Source: Thermodesulfobacteriota bacterium
GTDB lineage: Bacteria > Thermosulfidibacterota > Thermosulfidibacteria > Thermosulfidibacterales > B14-G1
Direction: 5' to 3'
DNA: 64,000 nt
Assembly (NCBI GenBank): GCA_024274915.1
Contig: JAJSAC010000024.1
Location: 5,234-69,233, forward strand
Shown: positions 46,906-57,166 of the stretch, in pieces
Layout of the letters: each line of letters begins with the position of its first letter
How positions within the stretch are numbered: the first letter of the stretch is position 1
Notes under the pieces: generated by a model
The model's database searches: none
Told to the model about the DNA's origin: nothing
Seen by the model: the letters and a program-made list of their open reading frames with translations, nothing else
Position numbers and translations under genes: made by a program

Positions 46906-48306
46906 ATGAGGTATGTGATTGCAGGGAACTCGGTGGCCACGGTGGCGGCCATAGAAGCTATCAGAAAACGGGATGACAAGGGCGAAATTGTTGTCATCTC
47001 ACCCGAGGCCAGAACGGCCTACTGTCGTCCCCTCATCACCTATCATCTGGCAGGCCAGGTACCAGCTGAGCGTTTACCCTATCGCCAGGAAGGATTCTAC
47101 AAGGCCCAAGGGGTCAGGGTTCTCTACAACAGGGCCTTGGAAGGTTTGGAGCCTGAAAAGGGTCGTGTGGTCCTTACAGGGGGAGAGAAACTGGAGTTCG
47201 ACCGGCTTCTTTTGGCTATAGGTGCCACTCCCTTCATTCCTCCCATCGAAAGGGTAGAAGGTCCTGGGGTCTATCCCTTCACCAGCATGGATCACATGGA
47301 GGCCGTGGAAGCCCAGCTGAAGGATTGGAGAGAAGTGGTGGTGGTGGGAGCGGGCATGATCGGCATTAAGACGGCCGAGGCTCTACATGCCAGGGGTGTG
47401 AAAGTCACTATTGTGGAGCTCCTGGACAAGATCCTTCCCATTGTTTTGGATGAGGCCTCCAGTGCATGGGCCCGGGAGACCTTGGAGAAGGCAGGGGTGG
47501 AGTATGTTTTGGGCGATTCGGTGGTGGCTGTGGAAAGGAATGCTCAGGGTGACGTGAAAGGAGTCACCCTCAGAAGTGGAACCTTCATACCCTGCCAGGG
47601 TGTCATAGTGGCTGTGGGGGTGAGACCCAATGTGGCGCCCCTGAGTGGCTCCGGGGTGGACATAAACAAAGGGGTGTTGGTGGATGACCGCATGGAAACT
47701 AGTCTGGAGAACGTCTTTGCTGCCGGTGACGTGGTGGAGGCCTACGATCTCATCCTGGGTGCCAAAAGGCCTATCCAGCTGTGGCCCTTGGCATATCGCC
47801 AGGGTCTCATAGCCGGGGCCAACATGGCGGGAGGCAGAAAACGCTATGTGGGAGGGTTTCCCATAAACTCTGTGGGTTTCTTGGGCTTCAAGGTGGCTTC
47901 TGCTGGGCTTTCCACGGTAGAGCCCGGTGTGGAGGAGGAGTCTTTTGAAGTCATGGTCTTTGAAGATAAGGAGAGGGGCGTCTACCGGAAAGTGGTGGTG
48001 GGCAATAACAGGCTCATGGGTTTTCTACTCCTCAATGACACCAGTCGAGCTGGGGTCTATTCGGGTCTCATCTGGTCCCGTATGGACATCTCCCTCTTCA
48101 AGGACGCCCTGGTAGAGGAGGTAAGCATGCCCGAGGCCTGCCGACTTGCCGCTTACGGCCTGGAACCCTGGAGCTTTGAGTCTATGAGGGACTTCAGGAG
48201 GATGGGCTGGGCCCTCTTCCCCAGGAGCTATCGAAAACATTTCACGGCCATGCCTAGCAGGATAGAAGAGGTCTGCGCCTTTGAATCGGAGGTTTGCACG
48301 ATATGA
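46906..48306 (+). CDS. FAD/NAD(P)-dependent pyridine nucleotide-disulfide oxidoreductase family protein
   Basis: Two Rossmann motifs ([17 protein letters not shown] and [16 protein letters not shown]) plus AAGDVVE. Confidence 0.8.
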   Translation: MRYVIAGNSVATVAAIEAIRKRDDKGEIVVISPEARTAYCRPLITYHLAGQVPAERLPYRQEGFYKAQGVRVLYNRALEGLEPEKGRVVLTGGEKLEFDRLLLAIGATPFIPPIERVEGPGVYPFTSMDHMEAVEAQLKDWREVVVVGAGMIGIKTAEALHARGVKVTIVELLDKILPIVLDEASSAWARETLEKAGVEYVLGDSVVAVERNAQGDVKGVTLRSGTFIPCQGVIVAVGVRPNVAPLSGSGVDINKGVLVDDRMETSLENVFAAGDVVEAYDLILGAKRPIQLWPLAYRQGLIAGANMAGGRKRYVGGFPINSVGFLGFKVASAGLSTVEPGVEEESFEVMVFEDKERGVYRKVVVGNNRLMGFLLLNDTSRAGVYSGLIWSRMDISLFKDALVEEVSMPEACRLAAYGLEPWSFESMRDFRRMGWALFPRSYRKHFTAMPSRIEEVCAFESEVCTI

Positions 48307-49409
48307 GCTGGTACCGGAAAATCTCGGGCTGTGGACTTTCGGGGATCATTAGCCGGAAGAGGCAGCTCATTCCTGGCGAGGAGATCATCAAGAGCATCGT
48401 CCACCAGGAGGAGAGGGGTAACCAGCTAGGGGCGGGTTTTGCTGGTTACGGCATATATCCCCAGTTTCCTGACTGTTATGCCCTTCATGTCATGTACGAC
48501 CACGAGTTCTCCAAGGAGGAGACGGAAGAGTATATCAGGAACAAGTTCCATGTGGAGCACTTCGAGGATATTCCTACCCGGAGGACCCCGGCCATAAAGG
48601 ACAGACCCATTCTCTTTCGCTACTTTGTGAAGCCTCTCAGTGTCCATGGCGAGACCATGGTTCCTGATGACTTCGTCATGGAGACGGTTATGGAGATCAA
48701 CGAGAAGATTGACGGGGCCTTTGTCTTCTCCTCGGGTAAGAACATGGGGGCCTTTAAGGGGGTGGGGGGACCTGCGGAGATAGCCGAGTTTTTCAGGATA
48801 GACGAGTACTCTGCCCATCAGTGGATTGCCCACACCCGTTTCCCCACCAACACCCCGGGATGGTGGGGAGGGGCTCATCCTTTCACCCTTTTGGACTGGG
48901 CTGTGGTCCACAACGGGGAGATCTCCAGCTACGGTATCAATCGGCGCTATCTAGAGATGTTCGGTTACAGATGTACCCTTATGACAGATACGGAGGTGGT
49001 GGCCTATCTGGTAGACCTTCTGGTTAGGCGACACGGTTTACCCCTGCGCATAGCGGCCTATGCTCTGGCGGCTCCCTTCTGGAAGGACATAGACCGTATG
49101 GAAGAGAGGGGGCAGGAGCTCTTAACCGCCATGCGGATGGTCTACGGCAGTGCCCTTCTCAATGGTCCCTTCGCGGTCCTGGTGGCCTGGAACGGGGGTA
49201 TGATGGGTCTCAATGATAGGATTAAGCTGAGGCCCCTGGTGGCTGCCGTTCATGGGGATAGGGTGTACATGGCTAGTGAAGAGTCAGCCATCAGGGCTGT
49301 GTGTCCCCGGCCTGATAAGGTGTGGGCTCCCAAGGCGGGAGAGCCAGTGATTGTTCCCTTTGACGATTCATCAGATGCCTGGGAGGTGAAAGGGTGTCAG
49401 AGCCTTTGA
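48294..49409 (+). CDS. Class-II (Ntn) glutamine amidotransferase domain protein (GltB domain 1-like)
   Basis: [18 protein letters not shown] and [11 protein letters not shown] motifs. The putative catalytic Cys lies 12 residues after the ATG at 48294, or 9 after the ATG at 48303. Confidence 0.8.
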   Translation: MHDMSWYRKISGCGLSGIISRKRQLIPGEEIIKSIVHQEERGNQLGAGFAGYGIYPQFPDCYALHVMYDHEFSKEETEEYIRNKFHVEHFEDIPTRRTPAIKDRPILFRYFVKPLSVHGETMVPDDFVMETVMEINEKIDGAFVFSSGKNMGAFKGVGGPAEIAEFFRIDEYSAHQWIAHTRFPTNTPGWWGGAHPFTLLDWAVVHNGEISSYGINRRYLEMFGYRCTLMTDTEVVAYLVDLLVRRHGLPLRIAAYALAAPFWKDIDRMEERGQELLTAMRMVYGSALLNGPFAVLVAWNGGMMGLNDRIKLRPLVAAVHGDRVYMASEESAIRAVCPRPDKVWAPKAGEPVIVPFDDSSDAWEVKGCQSL

Positions 49410-50149
49410 TCATAGATGCTGATGGAATGTATTATAGGGAACTGAATCAGATCATCCGGGACAAGGTGAAGGAGGGGGTCACCCATTTCCGCCTATTGAA
49501 CGTCAACGGTCAACGCTACATTGGTGCCGGTCTCACCAGGGAGGTCTTTATCGAGGTCTTCGGCGTGGCAGGCCAAGACCTGGGGATCTTTATGAAGGGT
49601 CCCACCATTGTGGTCCGTAGCAATGCCCAGGACTGTGTGGGCAACACCATGGAAGGAAAGAAGATCGTGGTCCATGGCATGGCAGGGGATGTTTGCGGCT
49701 ACGGCATGCGGGGCGGTAAGCTCCACATCCTGGGGGACGTGGGCTATAGGGTTGGTATCCACATGAAGACCTACAAAGACATGGTGCCCGTCATTATTGT
49801 GGGCGGCAAGGCAGGGGACTTTTTCGGCGAGTACATGGCTGGAGGTATCCTGATTCTCCTCAACCTGTGGGACAACGACTCTCGTCCCATGGTGGGGGAT
49901 TACCTGGCTACGGGCATGCACGGGGGCACTATCTATATCCGTGGCGAGGTAGATCCCTATCTCATGGGCAAGGAAGTGGGACAGGTGGAAATGACGGAGG
50001 GGGACAAGGCCCTCTTGAAGGACCTATTAGAGGACTACTGTGGGGACTTTTCCGAGTATCATCTGGATCCCCAGGAAATTTTGGACCATCCCTTCACCAA
50101 GCTGATCCCTGTTTCCAGCAGACCTTACGGCAAAGTCTACGCTTACTGA
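49394..50149 (+). CDS. GXGXG-motif protein (glutamate synthase C-terminal beta-helix domain)
   Basis: Repeats [59 protein letters not shown] start overlapping the previous gene by 16 nt. Confidence 0.85.
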   Translation: MSEPLIIDADGMYYRELNQIIRDKVKEGVTHFRLLNVNGQRYIGAGLTREVFIEVFGVAGQDLGIFMKGPTIVVRSNAQDCVGNTMEGKKIVVHGMAGDVCGYGMRGGKLHILGDVGYRVGIHMKTYKDMVPVIIVGGKAGDFFGEYMAGGILILLNLWDNDSRPMVGDYLATGMHGGTIYIRGEVDPYLMGKEVGQVEMTEGDKALLKDLLEDYCGDFSEYHLDPQEILDHPFTKLIPVSSRPYGKVYAY

Positions 50150-50153
50150 AGCC

Positions 50154-50999
50154 TTGAGGTTCGGTTTTCACTGCTCTATTGCTGGCGGGTTGGTTAGGGC
50201 CCTGGAACGGGCCCAAGCCCTTGGCTGCGATACCCTCCAGTTTTTTACCAGGAATCCCCGGGGGTGGCGTTTTACCCCTCTGGAGCCTTCTCAGGTGGAA
50301 GCCTTCCGCCTGAGGGCCAAAGAAACGGGGTTGACTCCTCTGGTGGTCCACATGCCCTATCTGCCCAACCTGGCTTCTCCAAGGGGCGATCTCTACGAAA
50401 AGAGCCTGGAGTCTCTAAAGGCCGAGATGGTCCGTTGCCGTGCCTTGGGGGTGAACTATCTGGTGACCCACGTGGGTAAGGCCATGGAGAGTGAACGGAG
50501 CGAAGCATTGGAGCGCGTGGCCCAGGCCTTGAGGCAGGCCATGGACCTTCAGGGACCGACTATTCTATTGGAGAATACGGCGGGCCAGGGTTCAGAATTG
50601 GGGGCCGAACTCAGGGATTTGGGGAGGATTATGAAACTGGTAGGAAGGGGGGCTCGAATGGGGGTGTGCATAGATACTGCGCACGCCTTTCAAGCGGGGT
50701 ATTCCATCCATACCACCGGGGGGCTTGGGGCCTTTTTGGAAGAGTTGGATAGGGAGGTGGGTTTGGATCGTTTGGAGCTCCTTCACCTCAACGATTCCAG
50801 GACTCCCCTGGGGTCCAGGGTGGACCGCCATTGGCACATAGGGGAGGGCCATATAGGGCTGGAGGGTTTCAAGATTATCATAGGCCATTCCCTCTTGAGA
50901 GATCTCCCTGCTATAATGGAAACACCATATTCCCCCTTTTGGGATAGGAAAAATATGGATCGTGTGAGGGGATTGGACCGGATGTTTGTTTATGATTAA
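50154..50999 (+). CDS. nfo: Deoxyribonuclease IV (endonuclease IV)
   Basis: Motifs GFHCSIAGG, VVHMPYLPNLAS, LLENTAGQG, CIDTAHAF, HLNDS. TTG start. Confidence 0.9.
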   Translation: MRFGFHCSIAGGLVRALERAQALGCDTLQFFTRNPRGWRFTPLEPSQVEAFRLRAKETGLTPLVVHMPYLPNLASPRGDLYEKSLESLKAEMVRCRALGVNYLVTHVGKAMESERSEALERVAQALRQAMDLQGPTILLENTAGQGSELGAELRDLGRIMKLVGRGARMGVCIDTAHAFQAGYSIHTTGGLGAFLEELDREVGLDRLELLHLNDSRTPLGSRVDRHWHIGEGHIGLEGFKIIIGHSLLRDLPAIMETPYSPFWDRKNMDRVRGLDRMFVYD

Positions 51000-51036
51000 T
51001 TTAAAATTTTAAATAATTCTTAAAGCCAGGTTTGAT

Positions 51037-51060
51037 AAGGCGTTGTAATCGGCCTTTTTA
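51037..51060 (+). terminator. Weak candidate intrinsic terminator after nfo
   Basis: AAGGC (51037-41), a 10-nt loop, GCCTT (51052-56), then a T-rich tail. The stem is only 5 bp. Confidence 0.3.
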
Positions 51061-51090
51061 TTGACACCCTAGGTGGAGCTATCATATAGA
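51061..51090 (+). promoter_or_regulatory. Candidate sigma70 promoter for the por/nuoEFG-like operon (TTGACA-N18-TATAGA)
   Basis: TTGACA at 51061-66 and TATAGA at 51085-90. GAGGAGG at 51108-14 precedes the ATG at 51120. Confidence 0.45.
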
Positions 51091-51119
51091 AGGTACTGTT
51101 TATTTTGAGAGGAGGGGCC

Positions 51120-51668
51120 ATGGTAGAGATCAGATTTCATGGAAGAGGAGGACAGGGTGCAGTCACCTCGGCCGAGCTGCTGGCCCAGGCGGCCATTAAG
51201 GAGGGCAAGCATGCCCAGGCTTTCCCTGCCTTTGGTGCAGAGAGGCGGGGGGCCCCCGTTCTGGCCTTCACTCGGATCTCTGATGAGGTCATCAAGCTGA
51301 GAACCGGTATCTATCATCCCGATGTGGTTATAGTACTGGATCCCTCGCTGGTGAAGGCTGTGCCTGTGGTGGCAGGACTGAAGGAAGGGGGCCTGGTGGT
51401 TCTCAATTCCAAGAAAGGACCGGGTGACTGGAAGAAGGAGTTGGGTAGGGAGGATGTACAGGTGGCCTCTGTGGACGCCACCTCCATTGCTATGGAGGAG
51501 TTGGGGGTTCCCATCACCAATGTGGTCATGTTGGGGGCCTTAGTTAAGGCCAAGCCTTTGGTGGGCTTGGAGCCCCTTGAGGAATTCATCGCCCAGAGGT
51601 TTCCCAGGATTGCTGAGAAGGAGATAAAAGCCTTCCGTAGGGCTTATCAAGAAGCGAGGGTGGAATGA
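51120..51668 (+). CDS. porG: 2-oxoacid (pyruvate-type):ferredoxin oxidoreductase gamma subunit
   Basis: MVEIRFHGRGGQGAVTSAELLAQAAI..FPAFGAERRGAPV. The ATG at 51120 is preferred over the TTG at 51105. Confidence 0.9.
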   Translation: MVEIRFHGRGGQGAVTSAELLAQAAIKEGKHAQAFPAFGAERRGAPVLAFTRISDEVIKLRTGIYHPDVVIVLDPSLVKAVPVVAGLKEGGLVVLNSKKGPGDWKKELGREDVQVASVDATSIAMEELGVPITNVVMLGALVKAKPLVGLEPLEEFIAQRFPRIAEKEIKAFRRAYQEARVE

Positions 51669-51961
51669 TGAAGTTGAAAGAGAGACCAACCTGGAAGGAG
51701 TTGCCCTTTGCCTGCTGTATCCCAGAGCCGGGCAACAGTGTTTACTATAAGACCGGGGACTGGAAGACCCTCAAGCCTGTGGTGGATAAGACGAAGTGCA
51801 TCAAGTGCGGCACCTGTTGGATCTTCTGTCCCGAGTACGCTTACGAGGAGGATGAGTACGGCTACTACGAGTCCAACTACGAGTACTGCAAGGGGTGCGG
51901 TATCTGCTACAGGGAGTGCCCGGCCCAATGTATAACAATGGAAGAAGAGGTGGTGGAATAA
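51665..51961 (+). CDS. porD: 2-oxoacid:ferredoxin oxidoreductase delta subunit (2x[4Fe-4S])
   Basis: Motifs CIKCGTCWIFCP and CKGCGICYRECP. 98 aa. Confidence 0.9.
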   Translation: MMKLKERPTWKELPFACCIPEPGNSVYYKTGDWKTLKPVVDKTKCIKCGTCWIFCPEYAYEEDEYGYYESNYEYCKGCGICYRECPAQCITMEEEVVE

Positions 51962-53157
51962 TGGCCAAGAGAACAGGAATCGAGGTATCCATTGCCATCG
52001 CTGAAGCTGCTCGTCAGGCTAATGTGGACGTGGTTTCCGCCTACCCCATTACTCCCCAGACCCACATAGTGGAACACCTGGCCCAGTTGGTGGCCGATGG
52101 GGATCTGGATGCAGAATACATTACGGTGGAGTCGGAGCACACGGCCATGAGCGCCTGTGTGGGGGCTTCGGCGGCTGGGGCCCGGGTCTTCACTTCTACC
52201 AGTTCCCAGGGTTTGGCCCTCATGAACGAGATTGTCTACCTGGCTAGCAGTCTCCGGACCCCTGTGATTATGGCCCTGGCCAATAGGGCCCTTTCAGGTC
52301 CCATCTCCATCTGGAATGACCATTCCGATGTAATGAATGAGAGGGATACGGGTTGGATCTGCATCTTTGCCAATAACGGTCAGGAGGCCTATGATTTGAC
52401 CCTAATGGCTTTCAGGATCGGAGAGGACCGGCGGGTGATGCTCCCTGTCATGGTCAACTTTGACGGTTTCATTCTCACCCACGTTATTGAGCCTATTCAC
52501 ATCTTCGAGGACCAGGAGATTGCCGACTTTATTCCTCCCTATGAGCCCCTCTGTGTTCTGGATACCGATAATCCCATCACCGTGGGTCCCGTGGGTGTCC
52601 CCGACGTTTATACCGAGGCCAAGAAGCAGCAAGAGATGGCCATTAGGGAGTCCCGTCCTGTCATAGAGGAGGTCTTCGAAGAGTTTGCCCGGCGCTATGG
52701 GCGTCGTTATAGACCCGTGGAGACTTACAGGGCCGACGATGCGGAAATAGTTCTCCTGGCTCAAGGCTCTGTCATTGAAGCTGCCGAAGTGGCTGTTGAC
52801 CACCTCAGGGATCAGGGGAAAAAGGTGGGAACTGTGGAGCTGAGGCTCTGGAGGCCTTTTCCCTTTGACGATCTCAGGGAGGTTCTCTGCAGCACTTCCA
52901 TCAAGCAAGTGGTGGTCCTGGACAGGTGCATCTCCTTCGGCGGTCCTCCAGGACCCGTCCTTTCCGAGGTGAGGTCGGCCCTGTATCTGGAAAAGGATAA
53001 GCCCATGGTGGTGGGTGTCGTGGCTGGACTGGGCGGTAGGGATATTTCCCTGGAAGAGTATGTGGAAATGTTCGAGATCGGTGAGGAGTGTCTCAGGACA
53101 GGGAAGGATCCGGGTGAGGAACCCGAATTAGTGAAGATAGTGGGGTTGAGAGAATGA
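51961..53157 (+). CDS. porA: 2-oxoacid:ferredoxin oxidoreductase alpha subunit
   Basis: The ATG at 51961 overlaps the porD TAA. AYPITPQT..ESEHTAMSACVGASAAGARVFTSTSSQGL. Confidence 0.9.
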   Translation: MAKRTGIEVSIAIAEAARQANVDVVSAYPITPQTHIVEHLAQLVADGDLDAEYITVESEHTAMSACVGASAAGARVFTSTSSQGLALMNEIVYLASSLRTPVIMALANRALSGPISIWNDHSDVMNERDTGWICIFANNGQEAYDLTLMAFRIGEDRRVMLPVMVNFDGFILTHVIEPIHIFEDQEIADFIPPYEPLCVLDTDNPITVGPVGVPDVYTEAKKQQEMAIRESRPVIEEVFEEFARRYGRRYRPVETYRADDAEIVLLAQGSVIEAAEVAVDHLRDQGKKVGTVELRLWRPFPFDDLREVLCSTSIKQVVVLDRCISFGGPPGPVLSEVRSALYLEKDKPMVVGVVAGLGGRDISLEEYVEMFEIGEECLRTGKDPGEEPELVKIVGLRE

Positions 53158-54113
53158 GTGTAGTGCAGAGACCAAAAGAGGCCTATCTCAACGTTTTCGC
53201 CTATAGGATGGCTCCCAAGGAGGAGTTTTTCACTAGGGGGCACAGGGCGTGTCAGGGTTGCGGTCCCGCTTTGGGGTTGCGCCATATAATGAAGGCGGCA
53301 GGTAGAGATACCATAGTAGTGAACGCCACAGGTTGTATGGAGATCATTTCCTCTCCGTTTCCCTATACCTCCTGGGCGGTGCCTTGGATCCATGTGGCCT
53401 TTGAGAATGCCGCCGCCGTGGCTTCGGGTATTGATGCCGCCATTAAAGCCCTTCAAAGGAAGGGCAGGATTCCCAAGAAAAAGACCAACATTTTGGTCAT
53501 TGCTGGAGACGGCGGCACAGCTGACATCGGCCTCCAGGCTTTATCGGGCATGTTGGCCAGGGGGCACAATGTGACTTACCTCTGCTACGACAACGAGGCT
53601 TACATGAACACGGGGGTGCAGGGCTCTTCTGCAACCCCATTCGGTGCCAGTACCACAACAACTCCTGCTGGGAGGGTGAGCTTTGGGGCTGGTTACTGGA
53701 AGAAGAACGTGGCCGCCATAGCCGCTGCCCATGACATCCCCTACGTGGCCACGGCTTGCCCCAGCTATCCCCTGGATCTCATTCGCAAGGTGAGGCGCTC
53801 CTTTGAGCTGGAGGGTCCGGCTTATATTCATCTCTTTGCCGTGTGTCCCACGGGGTGGGGGACCCCTCCTGAACTCACTGTCAGAATGGGTAGACTGGCT
53901 GTGGAGACGGGGATATTCCCCTTGTATGAGGTTGAAAATGGCCGCTACAAGTTGACTGTAGATTTTCCCCAGGGATTGAGACCAGTGGAGGATTATCTGA
54001 AGAACCAGAGGCGGTTCAGACATCTCACTCCAGAAATCATCCAGCAGATCCAGGAGAGGATAACGGCGGAGTACGAGCGGCTCAAAATGATGGAAAAAGT
54101 GACTCAGGAGTGA
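53154..54113 (+). CDS. porB: 2-oxoacid:ferredoxin oxidoreductase beta subunit (TPP-binding)
   Basis: CQGCG, GCMEI, and the TPP motif GDGGTADIGLQALSG...YDNEAYMNTG. Confidence 0.9.
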   Translation: MSVVQRPKEAYLNVFAYRMAPKEEFFTRGHRACQGCGPALGLRHIMKAAGRDTIVVNATGCMEIISSPFPYTSWAVPWIHVAFENAAAVASGIDAAIKALQRKGRIPKKKTNILVIAGDGGTADIGLQALSGMLARGHNVTYLCYDNEAYMNTGVQGSSATPFGASTTTTPAGRVSFGAGYWKKNVAAIAAAHDIPYVATACPSYPLDLIRKVRRSFELEGPAYIHLFAVCPTGWGTPPELTVRMGRLAVETGIFPLYEVENGRYKLTVDFPQGLRPVEDYLKNQRRFRHLTPEIIQQIQERITAEYERLKMMEKVTQE

Positions 54114-54601
54114 TGGCCATGGCAGAAGTAGCGACGGTAGAGAATCTGGAGCAAAACGTAAGGGAGGCGATGGCCCGGTACGGGAACAACCCCGCCCGGA
54201 TGATAGAAATTCTTCAGGATCTCCAGGACATTTACGGTTATCTTTCCAAGGATCTTTTGAAAGAGGTGAGCCGCCAGACTGAGGTTCCTTTGGCTAGGGT
54301 CTACCACATTGCCACCTTTTTCAAGGCCTTTACTCTGAAGCCCAGAGGCAAGTACACCATCCAGGTCTGTACGGGGACGGCTTGCCACGTCAAAGGTTCT
54401 TACAGGGTGTTGGAGAGGCTGGAGGATGTGTTGGGCGTCAGGGCAGGGGACACCACCGACGACCTCATGTTCACCCTGGAGACGGTGAACTGTGTGGGAG
54501 CCTGTGCCTTGGGCCCTGTGGTTATCATTAATGGGAAGTATTATGGCCATGTCACCCCTGTCCAGGTGGAATCTTTGATAAAGGAGTATAGGGAGCGATG
54601 A
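54110..54601 (+). CDS. NuoE/HydC-like [2Fe-2S] thioredoxin-fold subunit
   Basis: IQVCTGTACHVKG...VNCVGACALGPVV. Overlaps porB by 4 nt. Confidence 0.85.
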   Translation: MMAMAEVATVENLEQNVREAMARYGNNPARMIEILQDLQDIYGYLSKDLLKEVSRQTEVPLARVYHIATFFKAFTLKPRGKYTIQVCTGTACHVKGSYRVLERLEDVLGVRAGDTTDDLMFTLETVNCVGACALGPVVIINGKYYGHVTPVQVESLIKEYRER

Positions 54602-56436
54602 GGCGGTTAGAGAGTCGAGAGGATCTGGAGAGGTTTAGGGAAGAGGCCCTTTCTAGGCGGCCCGAGAGGTTCATCTCTTTGGGCATGGGTACGGCTTCCA
54701 GGGCCCACGGTGCGGAGGCTGTTTACTTCGTTCTGAAAGAGGAGGTGGCGAAAAGGGGGTTGGATATTCCCATAAAGGCTACGGGAGACCATGGCCTCTG
54801 CGGTTATGCTCCCGTGATGGTGATATATCCTGATGGTGTCCTTTATCACAGTGTCAAGGCCCAGGACGTGCCTGATATACTGGATGCGGTGGAGAAGGGG
54901 GAGATTATCGAGAGGCTCCTCTACACGGACCCCATGACGGGTGTGACCTACACTTACGAGGAGGAGATCCCCTTTTATAAGAAGCAGATGAGGTTGGTGT
55001 TGGGCCCCATGGAGCTGGTGGAGCCCCTCTCCGTTGAGGATTACCTGTGCCATGGAGGTTTCTCAGCCCTGACCAAGGCCTTTTTCGACATGAAACCCGA
55101 GGAGATTATCCAGGAGGTGATCACTTCTGGTCTCAGGGGTAGAGGAGGGGCCGGCTTCAGGACGGGTTGGAAGTGGGAAGACGCGGCCATGAGACCCTCT
55201 CCCGTTAAGTACATCATCTGCAACGGGGATGAGGGGGATCCCGGGGCGTACATGGACAGGTGTCTCCTGGAGGGTCTGCCTTATGGAGTGTTGGAGGGTA
55301 TGATCATTGGAGCCTATGCCATAGGTGCTCACGAAGGCTTCGTTTACGTGAGGAAGGAGTACCCCTTGGCAACCCATAACGTGCAGAAGGCCATTGAGAC
55401 CCTGAGGGAGTTGGGCCTGTTGGGCGAGAACATCCTGGGTAGTGGTTTCGACTTCGATATCCAGGTGGTGAGGGGAGGCGGTGCTTTTGTGTGTGGTGAA
55501 TCTTCGGCCCTCATAGCTTCTGTAGAGGGTCGAGTTGGAGAGCCCAGGTCCAAGCACGTCCACGCCACTGAAAGCGGTCTGTGGGGCAGGCCTACTGTCC
55601 TTAACAACGTGGAGACCTTGGCCAATGTGCCTTACATTGTGAACAGGGGCGGAGAGTGGTTTGCAGCCATAGGTACGGAGGAGAGCAAAGGGACCAAGGT
55701 CTTCTCCTTGGCCGGAGACATTTATAACACTGGCCTGGTGGAAGTGCCCATGGGCATCACCCTCAAGGAAGTGGTGTACGACATCGGAGGAGGGATCCAG
55801 AACGGCAAGGCCTTCAAGGCCGTCCAGACAGGGGGACCCTCTGGAGGTTGTCTGCCGGCTTCCCAGCTGGACCTACCGGTGGAGTTCGACACCTTGGATG
55901 CTGCCGGGTCTATGATGGGTTCCGGTGGTATGATCGTCATGGACGAAGATGCCTGCATGGTGGACGTGGCCCGATATTTCGTGAAGTTCCTCACGGAAGA
56001 GTCCTGTGGTAAGTGCGTTCCCTGTCGGGAGGGTCTCAGGCATATGCTGGAGATCCTTGATCGCATCACCCAAGGTGAAGGTACCATGGAGGATGTGGAC
56101 CTTCTGGAGGAGCTGGGTTACGTCGTCGCCAACGCTTCCCTCTGTGGTTTGGGCAAGTCGGCACCCAACCCGGTGCTCTCCACCGTCCGGTATTTCCGCG
56201 AGGAGTACCTGGAGCACGTGAAGGACAAGAAGTGCCGGGCAGGCGTCTGTAAGGCTCTGGTGCATTATAAGATCATTGCCGAGAACTGTACCGGTTGTCA
56301 TATATGTTTCAAGGAGTGTCCTGTGGACGCCATCACCGGAGAACCCAAGGGTGTCCACGTTATAGACCAGGAGAAGTGCATAAAGTGCGGCATCTGCAAA
56401 GATGTCTGCAAGTTTGATGCTGTGAAGGTGGTGTGA
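54598..56436 (+). CDS. NuoF/HydB-like NADH-binding FMN/FeS subunit with C-terminal 2x[4Fe-4S] ferredoxin domain
   Basis: GLRGRGGAGFRTGWKW, NGDEGDPGAY, the SLBB region, ESCGKCVPCREG, and C-terminal CTGCHICFKECP..CIKCGICKDVC. Confidence 0.9.
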   Translation: MRRLESREDLERFREEALSRRPERFISLGMGTASRAHGAEAVYFVLKEEVAKRGLDIPIKATGDHGLCGYAPVMVIYPDGVLYHSVKAQDVPDILDAVEKGEIIERLLYTDPMTGVTYTYEEEIPFYKKQMRLVLGPMELVEPLSVEDYLCHGGFSALTKAFFDMKPEEIIQEVITSGLRGRGGAGFRTGWKWEDAAMRPSPVKYIICNGDEGDPGAYMDRCLLEGLPYGVLEGMIIGAYAIGAHEGFVYVRKEYPLATHNVQKAIETLRELGLLGENILGSGFDFDIQVVRGGGAFVCGESSALIASVEGRVGEPRSKHVHATESGLWGRPTVLNNVETLANVPYIVNRGGEWFAAIGTEESKGTKVFSLAGDIYNTGLVEVPMGITLKEVVYDIGGGIQNGKAFKAVQTGGPSGGCLPASQLDLPVEFDTLDAAGSMMGSGGMIVMDEDACMVDVARYFVKFLTEESCGKCVPCREGLRHMLEILDRITQGEGTMEDVDLLEELGYVVANASLCGLGKSAPNPVLSTVRYFREEYLEHVKDKKCRAGVCKALVHYKIIAENCTGCHICFKECPVDAITGEPKGVHVIDQEKCIKCGICKDVCKFDAVKVV

Positions 56437-56437
56437 C

Positions 56438-57148
56438 ATGGTGAAGCTGACCATAGACGGGAAAGAGGTTGTTGCCAGAGAGGGACAGACGGTTCTCGAG
56501 GCGGCTCAGGCGGCAGGGATTTATATTCCTGCCCTGTGTTACCATCACGAGGTGAAGCCCTATACCGCTTGTCGCCTTTGTATGGTGGAGGTGACCAAAG
56601 GCAAGAGGACCCGATTTGTCACTGCCTGTGACTATGTTGTGGCCGATAGCATGGTGGTGAGAACGGATACGGAGAAGGTAAAGAAGTGCCGCAAGCTGGT
56701 CCTGGAGCTCCTCATGGCCCAATGTCCCAACCTTCCCCAGCTCCAGGAGCTGGCCCAGATTATCGGTGTGGAAGAGGTCCGTTTCTCCAAAAGTAACGAC
56801 GACTGTATCCTCTGCGGCATGTGTGTCAGGACCTGTGCCGAGGTGGTGGGTCTCCATGCCATTGGCTTTGAAGGAAGGGGGTTTACCCGGAAGGTGTGTA
56901 CTCCCTTTGATGAGCCCAGTGAACCTTGCATCCTTTGCGGAGCCTGTTCGTATATTTGCCCTGTGGATGTCATCCCTGTAGAGGAAGTGGACGGTTACCG
57001 CATAATGGAACGGTGGCACAAGAAGTCCAGGCTGGTGGCCTGCAGCAAGTGTGGCAAGTACTTCATGACAGAGGACGAGTTCCGCTTCCTCCAGGAGAAG
57101 ACAGGGCTGCCCGAGGATAGGCTCCGGATCTGCATGGATTGCCGTTAG
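56438..57148 (+). CDS. NuoG/HydA N-terminal-like FeS protein (2Fe-2S + 4Fe-4S clusters) lacking any catalytic domain
   Basis: MVKLTIDGKEVVAREGQTVLEAAQAAGIYIPALCYH..CRLC, CILCGMCVRTC, CILCGACSYICP. The C-terminus is CSKCGKY...CMDCR. Only 236 aa. Confidence 0.8.
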   Translation: MVKLTIDGKEVVAREGQTVLEAAQAAGIYIPALCYHHEVKPYTACRLCMVEVTKGKRTRFVTACDYVVADSMVVRTDTEKVKKCRKLVLELLMAQCPNLPQLQELAQIIGVEEVRFSKSNDDCILCGMCVRTCAEVVGLHAIGFEGRGFTRKVCTPFDEPSEPCILCGACSYICPVDVIPVEEVDGYRIMERWHKKSRLVACSKCGKYFMTEDEFRFLQEKTGLPEDRLRICMDCR

Positions 57149-57166
57149 GGGTTTTATTTTTGTTAT

